Source: Camelus dromedarius
Lineage: Eukaryota
Reading direction: 5' to 3'
Assembly (NCBI RefSeq): GCF_036321535.1
Contig: NC_087472.1
Location: 91,080,001-91,144,000, forward strand
DNA length: 64,000 nucleotides
In this document: positions 38,212 through 50,917 of the stretch, one piece after another
How the letters are laid out: each line of letters starts with the position of its first letter
How positions within the stretch are numbered: the stretch's first letter is position 1
Program-made: the position numbers and the translations under genes
Notes under the pieces: generated by a model
The model's input: only the letters and a program-made list of their open reading frames with translations
What the model was told of the DNA's origin: nothing
Database searches by the model: none

Positions 38212-38401
38212 ATCCATCCTTCCTTCCTTCCTTCCTTCCTTCCTTCCTTCCTTCCTTCTCCGTCGTCTTCGTCTTCGTCTTCGTCGTCTTCGTCGTCGTC
38301 TTCGTCGTTGTCGTCTTCTTCTTCTCCTTCTCCTTCTTCTCCTTCTTCCTTCTTCCTTCTTTCTTCTTCTTCTTCCTTCTCCTCCTCCCCCTCCCCCCCT
38401 T
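38212..38401. repeat. Compound pyrimidine-rich microsatellite: (TTCC)n, (TCG/TCT)n, (TTC/TCC)n
   Basis: Read directly. Confidence 0.95.
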
Positions 38402-38643
38402 CAGCTTTTAGAAGGCGGGAGCCTCCAATAGTATGTGAGGGAGCTACACAAAATACACTGAGGCTGCATTTGAGAAAAAAAGTCACACAAAAATTCATAA
38501 GTTATTTCAGCTTTCATATCCAGACGTTTCTCTGATAACTTCACTTTATTCATTAGAAAGCTGTTGTCTATTGAGATAACAGTGAAAAGGAAAGGTAGTA
38601 AGTATTTTTCTTACATAACCTAGAATATCTCACTATTCTAAGT

Positions 38644-38853
38644 CAGTATTTCTCAAAGCATTCCATAGTAAGAAATACATTTTAATCATGATCTAGTACA
38701 CACTTCGAGCAAGTATTTTGATTCAGTACTTACAATACTGTGTGAAGCACTGTTATTTTCTACTATGTTTTTTTTCTTAAATACTTGTCATCATCCAGTA
38801 AATGTATTATATAGTTTACTAATAGGTCACAACCCACCATTTGAAAAACACTG
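38644..38853. mobile_element. hAT-Charlie-type MITE
   Basis: Inverted termini CAGTATTTCTCAAA ... TTTGAAAAACACTG with 8-bp flanks TTCTAAGT / TTCTAAGG. Confidence 0.75.
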
Positions 38854-40009
38854 TTCTAAGGAGTCTCTTTAAGTAATAAAATGTCAAGATCTACCTCTGA
38901 CATATGTTGCCTATAGGTTGTCCTGTCTGTCTTTTTAGATAATGTTATTTAAGAATTGACTGGGGAGAAAACTGTTCTGATTCAAGCTGATGGGGAGAAG
39001 GTTAACATGAATATGGGGTGAATTTTGCATTGTCATATCAGGTTGGAAAAAGCTGTTTCACATGGTAGAAAACAGCAGTCATATAGGTGTAAGTACTTCT
39101 TGCTCATACTTGAAGTTCATTTTTTGGGTACTGTTTAAGATAAAGTAACTCAGAAATTAAGATATAAGAAAAAATATGGTGAAGCACTAAAAAATATACA
39201 TTATATTATAAACAGTTACGTTATTTTAGTTCTACTGTGGTTGTAAAATGAGTTTGAGTCGGGAAATTAAGTAGAAACTTGTATGCATGATTGTTCTTTT
39301 ATAAGCCAGTGTTTGCCTAAAGTGATAAAGTTAACATTGAATTACTAGGTTTTTTAAGAATGAAAAGTTTCTCAGTGATGGAGAGAGAGAATGCTCATCT
39401 TTCAGAATAAGCCAATAAGACTATACTATTCAATACGTAAATTGTTCTTCCTTGGAACAGAAATAGTTTATATAGCAGCATTTCTTTCAAAAGTTATACA
39501 CTATTTTGGCTACACAATTGAAAATTTTATATGTGCTTGGTAGGCCTGGGCTTCATCGTTTTTTCTCCAAATAGGGTGGGGCTCAGAATGGTAAGTCACA
39601 ACCAGGTGTGCTACAGAAGCCTTAAGAAAGCAGGCAATGGACTATCTTTTTATCTTTGTGAACTGCTGCTCTCTTCTGTGGGATAATGTTGAATTTAATT
39701 GCTGTAGAAGACATTTGTGACCTGACGGAAAAGAAGAAGATTCTGCTAGTGGTGATACTTGGAAAAGAACCACCTGCCCTAGAAGTGTGATCTAGCATCC
39801 TGCCTGCTGTTACTTTAAGGCACCAGAAGTCTATGAGTTTTTGTCATTTTTCCATATTGAGTTGGAAAGTTAGTAAGAGGATAGCTTACCTCCTCATCTT
39901 GTCAGATTTTTCAGTCTGTTGAAAAGAAGGTGCTTTTGGAGCTGGAGATGTGAATAAGACTCCTATGCCAGGGTCATAAATCATCTTGTGATAGTTTTTA
40001 AACAATTTT

Positions 40010-41660
40010 TAAGTTGACTTTATTTTTTAGAACTGTTTTAATTTTTCAGAAAAATTGAGAAGATAGTCCTGATAGTTCCCCTATATTCTGTGCCCAGTTT
40101 TCTTTATTATTAACAGCTTACATTAGTATGGTACATTTGTTACAATTAATTAACCAGTACTGGTAAAATGATTATAAATCGATAAAAAATGTTAAAAAAA
40201 AATTAACCAGTACTGAAACATTGTTATTAACTAAAATCTATACTTTATTCAGTTTTCCTTAGTTTTTACCTAATGTGTTTTTTCTGTTTCAGGATCCCAC
40301 CAGGGTACCATATTACAGTTATTGTCATGTCTCCTTAGGCTTCTCTTGGCTGTGACAGTTTCTCAGACTTTCCTTGTTTTGATGACCTTGTCAATTTTGA
40401 GGAGAACTGATCAGGTATTTTGTAGAACGTCCCTCAGGTGGGATTTGTCTGATGTTTTTCTCGTGATTAGCCTGGGGTTATGGATTTTGAGGAGGAAGAC
40501 CACAGTGGTAAAGTGCCATTCTCACATTCTCATCACCTCATGTCAAGAGTACGTGTTATCATGATTTATCACTGTTAATGTTGACTATGGTCAACTGACT
40601 GAGAACATGTTTGTCAAGTTTCTCCACTGTAAATTTACTCTCTTTTTGGATTAAAAACTCCTCTCCATACTGTGTTGTTTGGAAATAAGTCACTAAGTGT
40701 AGTCCACATATAGGGAGAGGAAAGTTTTGCTCCATCTCCTTGAGGGTGTTCTACATAAATTATTGGGAATCCTGCATGGGAGATGTCTCTTCTCCCCCGT
40801 TTATTTATTTATTCAGTCATTTCTTTATATTAGTATGGGCTGATGGATATTTATTTTATATTTTGGGTCACAATTCAGTACTACCTTATTTATTTTGTTG
40901 CTCAGATTTTTTTTCTGGTTTGGCCATTGGGAGCTCTTTATTTGTATGCATCCATTTCTATATATCTATGTGTATCAATATTAGGGTAAACATGAGTTCA
41001 TACTGAAGCCTCCAACTCTAATCCATTACCACATAGGTCATTCTAGCCTTCTTCCCCTGCTTGACTGTAATCTCCCACTCCAACAGTGAGAAATCTGGCT
41101 CCCACCATTCACCATCCATTTACCTAATTGGTCAATCCCAGTTTATGTGTATAGATATATATCAGTTTTGTTAACCTCATACCCCCATGGATAACAATAT
41201 CAGAATTGTTAACCTGTACCCTTATGGGAAACAGCTTTATCAACTAGAGTACAGTGTTTATGTACAGTTTCTTTTGCTTTTAGTCTTACAAACTCCACTC
41301 GTTTCCAAAGTTATTTAGATCAGCATCTTCATCTCCACCATCCCCTGCAGTGATATTGTTTCATGCATTTGTAATACAGCTAAATTCTGTCATATGGTTT
41401 CTATATGGTTTCCTGGGATCCTGACTTTCTAAAAGATTTTTTTAAGCTTGGATACTTTAAGGTTCACTCTTTGTGTTATAAAGTTATATGGGTTTTGACA
41501 AGTGTATAATGTCATTTAAGTATCATACAGAATCACTGCCCTGAAATTCTCCTATACTTCACCTATGAATCCTCCCTTCCTCCCCGTAAACCCCTGGCAA
41601 CCATGGATCTTTTTACTGTCTCTGTCATTTTGCCTTTCTCAGAATGTTCTTGAGAAATTT
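40010..41660 (-). mobile_element. Old L1M (L1MC-like) 3'UTR
   Basis: GTACATTTGTTACAATTAA...CATTGTTATTAACTAAA...TTTTCTGTTTCAGGATCC blocks shared with similar fragments near 19850-20090 and 28540-28950. Confidence 0.7.
40163..40200 (+). mobile_element. 38-bp L1 terminal insertion with perfect 15-bp TSD
   Basis: AATTAACCAGTACTG at 40148-40162 and 40201-40215 flanks GTAAAATGATTATAAATCGATAAAAAATGTTAAAAAAA, which matches the young L1 terminus. Confidence 0.9.
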
Positions 41661-44359
41661 TTAAAGTCCCTTTCTAAAGGAAACCTTTGATTTCTCTTAG
41701 ATACCATTTTTCCCCGACCATCAACTCAGTATTCTTATTGAACAAAATATTTCTAATAAATAAGAATCAAGTATTTCCCATTTCTTTTTTCAGATTCCTC
41801 TGTTTAAGGTCATAAAGCTTTGTTTATTTTTTAATATCCTTCCTCTTTGTTGCCCATCTCAGAATTGGGAGGAGATCCCAAGTACCTTTTTTGTTGGGGA
41901 GGTTGGTTGGGGAAGGCAGGGAGTGGCACGTATGGTATATCCTGTATAGGTGGCAGCTGGCAAACAGATGTTCAGTTGTAGGGAGGGGTGTTAAGCTGAA
42001 ATTTAATCTGAATATACTTCTGTTTGTTTCTGGGGGTTATATTTGATTTTCAAGTTGATGAGTCTTTTAATATGAATATTATTTTAGTCCATAGTCTATC
42101 TCTTTTGAGAATATAACAGAATATGAGGTAGAAGCAGTGATTATGTGACTATTTCAAAATGGTTTCCACTGTAATGAAAATCCTGTAGATGATAGTTGTA
42201 GAAATTATTTGGAAGGCTCATTTAGAGGGAAGAATAACTATCATATTCCTATCCCTTTTTGGTAGCATCTTTACATATATGCATGAAAATCCTGAAATTG
42301 GAACTCTTACCCCTCCAGTAAAAGATCATTTGTTACAATCCAATATCAGCCCCTTCTTGTTACTGTTTGCCTTGAAGGATTCACAGTCTGGTACAAAAAC
42401 TCTTCTGTTTAAAAGCTAGTTTTGCTTTAAACTGTACAATGTCTTTAAGAGTTATGACATCAGAATCTTACCATGTAGCCAACAATATAGGAGAATAATG
42501 ATTAAAACATAGACTTCAGGTTTGTATCCTAGCTTTGCTTTTTGTTGACTTTGTGAGCACAGGCAGAGTATTTGCCCTCTGTGAGCCTTACATTTCCTCA
42601 TTTGTAAAAATGTGATTATTACCTCTCCCATGGGATGATAATGGGGATTAAATGAAATAAAGCACTGAGTACATAGATATGTCTCAATAAATATGATCTA
42701 AAACCCTCCAAAACAGCAAGAAAATGAATGAAAGTTCCAAAGGTTTATGCTAGTATACATGTTTATGTTTAACAGTTATTACTTGGGCCAGGCCAATCAG
42801 AAAAATGAATGATTCCTTTATTTTTTAATCTTAAAATTTCTCTAAAGACAAGACTAACTTTTCTTCAAACCTGGGAAATGCTCACCTCACCAAACTTGAC
42901 ACGCTAGTAGTGGATGTCAGCCTGAGATACTGTTGCCTCTCTACAGGCCATTTGGGGATGCTACTGGGATTTTACGGGTGCGGCCAGGATGCTAAACACC
43001 TTGTGACACACAGAACAGGTTTGCATGGTGAAGAATTACTGTGCTCCAGATCGCCACATCAGTAGCATACTGTTGAGATACTAGACTAGACTAATGAGTA
43101 CTGTACTGTCTGTAAACCTATATGTTGAACACATGTCAGGTATCACAGACCCAGCAAATATGTCAATGAATGAAGCAAGACCAGGCCTCAGTGTCTGGGA
43201 CATTCTAGGGAGTGTAGGGACTAGGCAAGCTGGAGAGCATGGGTCCTTTCTAAACCAGGAAGTGAAGGTTCGGCTTCAGCTAATTGTTGTCTGTTGTTGC
43301 TTCATCTTCTGATTTTTCAGAGAAAAGCTAGATATCCAAACTTTTATGTAAAGTCTTCCTATTTTAAAGTATGGCTCAACTTTCTTTTTTAACGTGCCAA
43401 GGCCAAACCAAGCATATTGGTAGGCTGGATTCAGCCCACAGACCATTGGTTCATAACCTGTGATATAATTATTTTAGGAAGTAAGCGAAAATACTGGCAG
43501 AGGTCAACAGTCAGGGCCATAACAGCGCCACCCTGCGTATTTGCTGAGCTCAGAAAAGGCTGTGGAAACAAAACACTAGGTGTAGGGGTCATTTTCCTGA
43601 GTGTGGAGGAGTGTGACTTCAGAGCAGAGCTCTGGGGGAGCTTCCTCTCTGGGTGGGAGGAGGAATTCTGTTCAGAGAAATTCCAGCACCTGCATTTTGA
43701 GGAACAGATTCCATTGTGCCTTGAGGCGCCAGCACTCCTGAATTAGGGGGGTAGCTGCACCCCTGGAGGAAGCCTCAGAGTGATTCCACTGCTAAGCATA
43801 GCTTCTCAGCTCCTCAGTCTCCGTGCTGTCTTCAGAAATTAGGAGTTCTCTCAAAGGTAACAGGCAGCAAAGGGTCAGCCATACGGAATCTCCTGGTTTA
43901 TGTGGCTTTGCAGCTGTAATAGTCCTGGGTTTATGCCTTCAGTAGCTCATCCTGCTTCATCAAGGGCTACCGCCTACACAGCACCACAGTCCACAGCTAT
44001 GGCCATTTGTGCGTTAGTTGGAGTGTTGCAAGGGTGTCCCAGCAGTTTGGTCAGTTCAGTTCAGATACTGCTTGAGTCTTCTGCCTGGTATTAAGGTTTC
44101 AAATCATCACCCATCACTTTAATAATTTATGAAAAGTAGCAGCCCATTATAATGTTGATAAGAACAAAATCTGTATGTATTTTGCATAGTTGCATACACT
44201 GTATATATATATGAACAAGAATAGATGGTATGGTTTATCTGCATAATATTCAAATCTATAATTTGTATTCTATGAGATTAAATACCAAACAATGCAGTAC
44301 TTTACTATAAAACTTTGGTTTTTAAAGAAACAGGCTCATCTTATTGGCTGGAATATTTT

Positions 44360-47300
44360 CTTTTTCTTTTTTTTTTTTTTTTAACATTTTTTATTGATTT
44401 ATAATCATTTTACAATGTTGTGTCAAATTCTAGTGTTCAGCACAATTTTTCAGTCATACATGGACATATACACACTCATTATCACATTTTTTTCTCTGTG
44501 ATTCCCTGTGCTATACAGTATAATCTTGTTTATCTGTTCTACAATTTTGAGATCCCAGTCTATCCCTTCCCACCCTCTGCCCCCCTGGCAACCACAAGTC
44601 TGTATTCTATGTCTGAATCTATTTCTGTCCTGTATTTACGGTTTTGTTTGTTTGTTTGTTTTTGTTTTTGTTTTTTAGATTCCACATATGAGTGATCTCA
44701 TATGGTATTTTTCTTTCTCCTTCTGGCTTACTTCACTTAGAATAACATTCTCCAGGAGCATCCATGTTGCTGCAAATGGCGTTATGTTGTCGGTTTTTAT
44801 GGCTGAGTAGTATTCCATTGTATAAATATACCACATCTTCTTTATCCAGTCACCTGTTGATGGACATTTAGGCTGTTTCCATGTTTTGGCTATTGTAAAT
44901 AGTGCTGCTATGAACATTGGGGTGCAGGTGTCATCCTGAAGTAGATTTCCTTCTGGATACAAGCCCAGGAGTGGGATTCCTGGGTCATATGGTAAGTCTG
45001 TTCCTAGTCTTTTGAGGAACCTCCACACTGTTTTCCATAGTGGCTGCACCAAACTGCATTCCCACCAGCAGTGTAGGAGGGTTCCCCTTTCTCCACAGCC
45101 TCTCCAGCATCTGTCATTTGTGGATTTTTGAATGACGGCCATTCTGACTGGTGTGAGGTGATACCTCATTATAGTTTTGATTTGCATTTCTCTGGTAATT
45201 AGTGATATTGAGCATTTTTTCATGTGCCTTTTGATCATTTGTAAGTCTTCCTTGGAGAATTGCTTGTTTAGGTCTTCTGCCCATTTTTGGATTGGGCTGT
45301 TTATTTTTTTCTTATTGAGTCATATGAGCTGCTTATATATTCTGAAGATCAAGCCTTTGTCGGTTTCATTTGCAAAAATTTTCTCCCATTCCATAGGTTG
45401 TCTTTTTGTTTTACTTCTGGTTTCCTTTGCTGTGCAGAAGCTTGTAAGTTTCATTAGGTCCCATTTGTTTATTCTTGCTTTTATTTCTTCTAGGAGAAAA
45501 TTTTTGAGATGTATGTCAGATAATGTTTTGCCTATGTTTTCCTCTAGGAGGTTTATTGTATCTTGTCTTATGTTTAAGTCTTTGATCCATTTTGAGTTGA
45601 TTTTTGTATATGGTGTAAGGGAGTGTTCTAGCTTCATTGTTTTACATGCTGCTGTCCAGTTTTCCCAACACCATGTGCTGAAGAGACTGTCTTTATTCCA
45701 TTGTATATTCTTGCCTCCTTTGTCAAAGATGAGTTGACCAAAAGTTTGTGGGTTCATTTCTGGGCTCTCTGTTCTGTTCCATTGGTCTATATGTCTGTTT
45801 TTGTACCAATACCATGCTGTCTTGATGACTGTAGCTCTATAGTATTGTCTGAAGTCTGGGAGAGTTATTCCTCCAGCCTCTTTCTTTCTCTTCAGTAATG
45901 CTTTGTCAATTCTAGGTCTTTGATGGTTCCATATAAATTTTATTATGATTTGTTCTAGTTCTGTGAAATATGTCCTGGGTAATTGGATAGGGATTGCATT
46001 AAATCTGTAGATTGCCTTGGGCAGTGTGACCGTTTTAACAGTATTGATTCTTCGAATCCAGGAGCATGGGATATCTTTCCATTTTTTAAAGTCTTCTTTA
46101 ACTTCCTTCATCAATGGTTTATAGTTTTCTGTGTATAATTCTTTCATCCCCTTGGTTAGATTTATTCCCAGATATTTTATTACTTTGGGTGCTATTTTAA
46201 AGGGGATTGTTCCTTTACTTTCTTTTTCTGTTGATTCATCCTTAGTGTAAAGAAATGCAACTGATTTTTGAACGTTAATCTTGTAACCTGCTACCTTGCT
46301 GAATTCTTCGATCAGCTCTAGTAGTTTTTGTGTGGACCTTTTAGGGTTTTCTATATATAGTAACATGTCGTCGGCATATAGTGACACTTTTACCTCTTCT
46401 TTTCCAATTTGGATCCCTTTTATTTCTCTCTCTTGCCTGATTGCTGTGGCTAGTACTTCCAGGACTATGTTGAATAGGAGTGGTGATAGTGGTCATCCTT
46501 GTCTTGTCCCAGATTTTAGTGGGAAGCTTTTGAGTTTTTCACCATTGAGTACTATGCTGGCTGTAGGTTTGTCATAGATAGCTTTTATTATGTTGAGATA
46601 TGTTCCCTCTATACCCACTTTGGTGAGAGTTTTTATCATAAATGGGTGTTGAATTTTATCAAGTGCTTTTTCTGCATTGATTGAGATGATCATGTGGTTT
46701 TTGTCCTTTCTCTTGTTGATGTGATGTATTACACTGATTGATTTGCGTATGTTGAACCAGCCTTGTGTCCCTGGGATGAACCCCACTTGGTCATGATGTA
46801 TAATCTTTTTTATGTGTTGTTGGATTCTATTTGCTAATATTTTGGTGAGGATTTTGGCGTCTATGTTTATCAGTGATACTGGCCTATAATTCTTTTTTTG
46901 TAGTGTCTTTGCCTGGTTTTGGTATCAGGGTGATGCTGGCTTCATAGAATGAGTTTGGGAGTATTCCCTCCTTTTCAATTGTCTGGAAGAGTTTGAGAAG
47001 GACTGATATGAGTTCTTTGTATGTTTAGTAGAATTCCCTGGTGAAGCCGTCCGGTCCTGGACTTTTATTTGTAGGGAGATTTTTAATTGCTATTTCTATT
47101 TCCTTTCTGGTGATTGGATTGTTCAGTTGTTCAGTTTCTTCTTGATTCAGTCTTGGTGGACAGTATGTTTCCAGAAACTTGTCCATCTCTTCTAGGTTAT
47201 CCAGTTTGGTTCCATATAGTTTTTGATAATATTCTTGTATGATATTCTGTATTTCTATTGTATTTGTTGTAATTTCTCCATTTTCCTTTCTTATTTTGCT

Positions 47301-48540
47301 AATTTGTGCTCTCTCTTTTTTCTTCTTTGTGAGTTTGGCCAGAGGTTTGTCGATTTTATTTACTTTTTCAAAAAACCAGCTTTTGGTTTGGTTGATTTTT
47401 TCTATGATCTTGTTAATCTCTACTGTATTTATTTCCTCCCTGATCTTTATAATTTCCTTCCTTCTGCTGCCTTTTGGGGCTTTTTGTTCTTTTTCTAATT
47501 CATTCAACTGGTGGGTTAAATTGTTTATTTGAGATTGTTCTTTTTTGAGGAAGGCCTGTATGGCTATAAACTTCCCTCTTAGCACTGCCTTTGCCGTGTC
47601 CCATAGATTTTGAGTGGTTGTGCTTTCATTATCATTTGTCTCAAGGTATTTTTTAATTTCAGCTTTGATTTCCTCATTGACCCATTGTTTTTTCAATAAC
47701 ATATTGTTTAATCTCCATGCTTTCCTTTTTTTCTCCTTTGTTTCTCTGTTGTTGATTTCTAGTTTCATGGCATTGTGGTCAGTAAAGATGCTTGAGATAA
47801 TTTCTATCTTCTTAAAATTGTTGAGGTTTCTTTTATGCCCAGGTACGTGATCAATCCTGGAAAATGATCCATGTGCACTTGAAAAGAATGTATATCCTAT
47901 TTTTGAGGGGTGTAATGCTCTGAAAATATCCACCAAATCTAGTTTTTCTATTGTATTATTTAATTTCTCTGTTGCCTTATTTATTTTCTGTCTGGAAGAT
48001 CTGTCTAGTGATGTTAATGCAGTGTTAAAATCTCCAACTATGATTGTATCCCCATCAATATCCCCCTTTATCTCTGTTAGTAATTGTTCTATGTACTTAG
48101 GTGCTCCTATATTGGGTGCATATATATTAACGAGTGTAATGTCCTCATCTTGTATCACTCCTTTAATCATTATAAAATGTCCTTCTTTATCTTTCTTTAT
48201 GGCCTTTGTTTTAAAGTCTTATTTTATCTGAAGTCAGTACTGCAACACCTGCTTTTTTGGCTTTTCCATTTGCATGGAATATCCTTTTCCATCCTTTCAC
48301 TCTCAATCTATATGTGTCCTTCTCCCTAAAGTGGGTCTCTTGTATGCAGCATATTGAAGGTTCTTGCTTTATTATCCAGTCTGCCAGTCTATGTCTTTTG
48401 ACTGCAGCATTTAGTCCAGTAACATTTACAGTAATTAATGATAGATGTGTGTTTATTGCCATTTTGAACTTATCTTTGCAGTTGAATTGGTATATCCTCT
48501 TTGTTCCTTTCTTCTTCCTTTTGTGGTTTGGTAATTTTCT
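44360..48540 (-). mobile_element. Young 5'-truncated L1 (about 4.2 kb) with near-complete but frameshifted ORF2
   Basis: ORF2 pieces: endonuclease start MAINTHLSLITVNV (48462), 47025-48170, 46493-46786, RT motif LYADDM (near 46387) and the C-terminal Cys-rich region (44675-45238). Poly(T) tail at the left end. Confidence 0.97.
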
Positions 48541-49925
48541 ATTTGTAAACTGTTCGCTTAACCTCCCAGTGAGCAGAAAGGAAATTGCTTTTTAAAAAGT
48601 ATTTTAGTATTTTGCAATCATCAAAAAATTAAGTTTATTTAAGAGTGTTATATGTTGTGAAATACTTAATGATTATTCACATCAGTTAGTGCTGGTGTGA
48701 GTGAATGTTTGTACAGGGCAGAGTGCTAATCACTATTAAGATTATATACATAATCCCTTGAGGAGAATATGTTTTCATTAATTTAAATTCTTAGTCGTGA
48801 AAAGTAGGTCTCCTGTTGATCATCTTTTCTGATAGTAGCCATCTTTGTGGGTGGGTAGGTTGGCTTCGATTTTAAAGATGCTTTTTAATGTTTTTCCCAA
48901 AGGCAAGTATTTTTAAAAATTAAAAAAAAAAACCCAGCAACTTTTTTCCTTTAGCACTGTTTCTTATATGCCTTAAAACGGCTTATTTGTGCGAGGACTC
49001 TTTCCTCACCTCTCAGCCCTCCACCTCCCACACACCTGTAACCCTGTATTTGGATGATAAGCTGATAAAGGTTTTCTGTGTTTTTTTCACCAGCCATTCA
49101 AAGAAGGGTGCTCATCATCACTCTGCTGGGAATGTCCTTGATACCTACCAATGACATAATGAAAAGACTTTGGAGAAGGCAGGCTTGGGTTTGAGTCATG
49201 ATTCTGTCATATGCTCATTCTCTGAGTTTGTTTTCTTATTCATAAAATGGGGGGGGGTAGTTATAGCTCCCTTTCAGGGCATAGTTGTTCAGTGAATGGT
49301 AGCTGATAATAATATTGATAAAATTAATAGTAACTTTGGCCTTGGTAGCACCTGAGATTCTGAAAGCTGATAAAGCTAGCCTAGAGCTAATGGCTCCCAA
49401 GAGCACTGAACTAGTGCACGGGTCCAGACTCTTGACACCTGAAACATTGTTCTTGTTGACCCCTGGTGCCTTTTTTTTCTTTCTCATAAAAAGGCAACTA
49501 TATTGCCGTTATATTTTAAGGACTTGAAATTTACATTGAAAAATGAGTAAAAAAAAAAAAAAAAACTAGGAAAGCTTGAGTTAAGCCTTTGGGTGCTTCA
49601 GAAACTCTTCATTGGCAATTATTAAATAGCCATCAAATGCTCTCAACGTGGTTGGCCTCAAATATTGAGGAATCATTTCCTGGTAGGAAAGCTGTTACTT
49701 CTATAAATACAGGCAGATTTGATTACTTGAGTTCATTCCTATAATTAAATTCAGTGAATTCCATTTTGTTCATTTCACCTAACAAATATTTATTGAACAC
49801 CTAGTCTGTGCTGGGCCCTTTGCCCAGTTAGTTGTATACCCTCAAAAGAGATATTGAATTAGGGAATGTAAGAGTTGTAGGTCTTCGCCTGCCATTTAAA
49901 TGACAATCCTAAAGGTTTAGAGCTG

Positions 49926-50221
49926 CAGTGACTAGTAAGGTGGTCATGACTAATAGCTTAGCACTTGAAATGCGGCCAGTCTGAACTGAGATGTACTGTA
50001 GATATAAAATACACACTGGACTTCAAGGACTCAGACTGAAAAAATATGTAAAATATCTTAGTGATTTTATATTGATTACATGTTAAAACAATAGTATTTT
50101 TGATATTTTGGGTTAAATAAAATATATTAGAATTAATTTCACCTGTTTCTTTTTACTTTCTTATGTAGCTACTAAAACATTTTAAAGGACTTACAGTATG
50201 TTTTTATTGGAAACATCACTG
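49926..50221. mobile_element. MER33/MER3-like hAT DNA transposon
   Basis: GCACTTGAAATGCGGCCAGTCTGAACTGAGATG...AATTAATTTCACCTGTTTCTTTTTACTTT motifs; CAGTG...CACTG termini. Confidence 0.7.
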
Positions 50222-50917
50222 CCTTAGTGCTTCAGTGACTGGGCAAGGTTACTCATCCAGTTAGGACTCTTGTGGCTAGTGCAAATTGTTGGTTGCCTTA
50301 CTTTGAAAATGTCAGATAATGTTTGATCAAAAAGGTGGATAATTCAAGCCTTGTTTCAGAAAAAGTTAAATTAACACTAAGGACTTTGAATAGTTTACAC
50401 TTTAAATTAAAGCATAGAATGTTAATCTGGTAGAATCTCTTAGCATTTCACATTTGGGATTATTTAAAAGGGGTAAACTAGAAAAATATGCCTACTGATT
50501 CAGTAGACTAAAGCTATTTTTCTTGTTTCCTAAACATTCACAAATACATAGGTGATCTGTGATTCTCCAGTATTTTATTATGGGGGAGGGGGTGTGCAGG
50601 AGAAGAGGGGACAAGGTTCAGCTAAATGTTCATCTATATATTTTTCTATCCTACTAGCTAGATTGGTTTAGTATAGTAAAATTAATTCTTAGTTATTTAA
50701 CAAACCTTTGAACAGGTACTAGGTTGGGCTTTGGAAATGCAGTGATAAACAAGGGATAATCCCTGAATAAAACTATGGTCTTTCTGTTTGTTTTTTGTTT
50801 TGTTTTGGCTTTTTATTTGAAAAATAATTCCAAAGTTACAGAAGTTGCAAGAATAAAAATAGTTCATCATATACCCTTTTATCCAGATTCATGTATTGAT
50901 AACATTTTTCCCTGTAC

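Noticed and set aside
38115..38535. Poly-Ser, poly-Phe/Val and acidic (E/D-rich) ORFs
   Set aside because: These are translations of the compound microsatellite, with no splice or homology support.
44675..48462. Active reverse transcriptase or novel RT system
   Set aside because: Ordinary L1 ORF2 broken into at least five frames, with no ORF1 or promoter; not retrotransposition competent.
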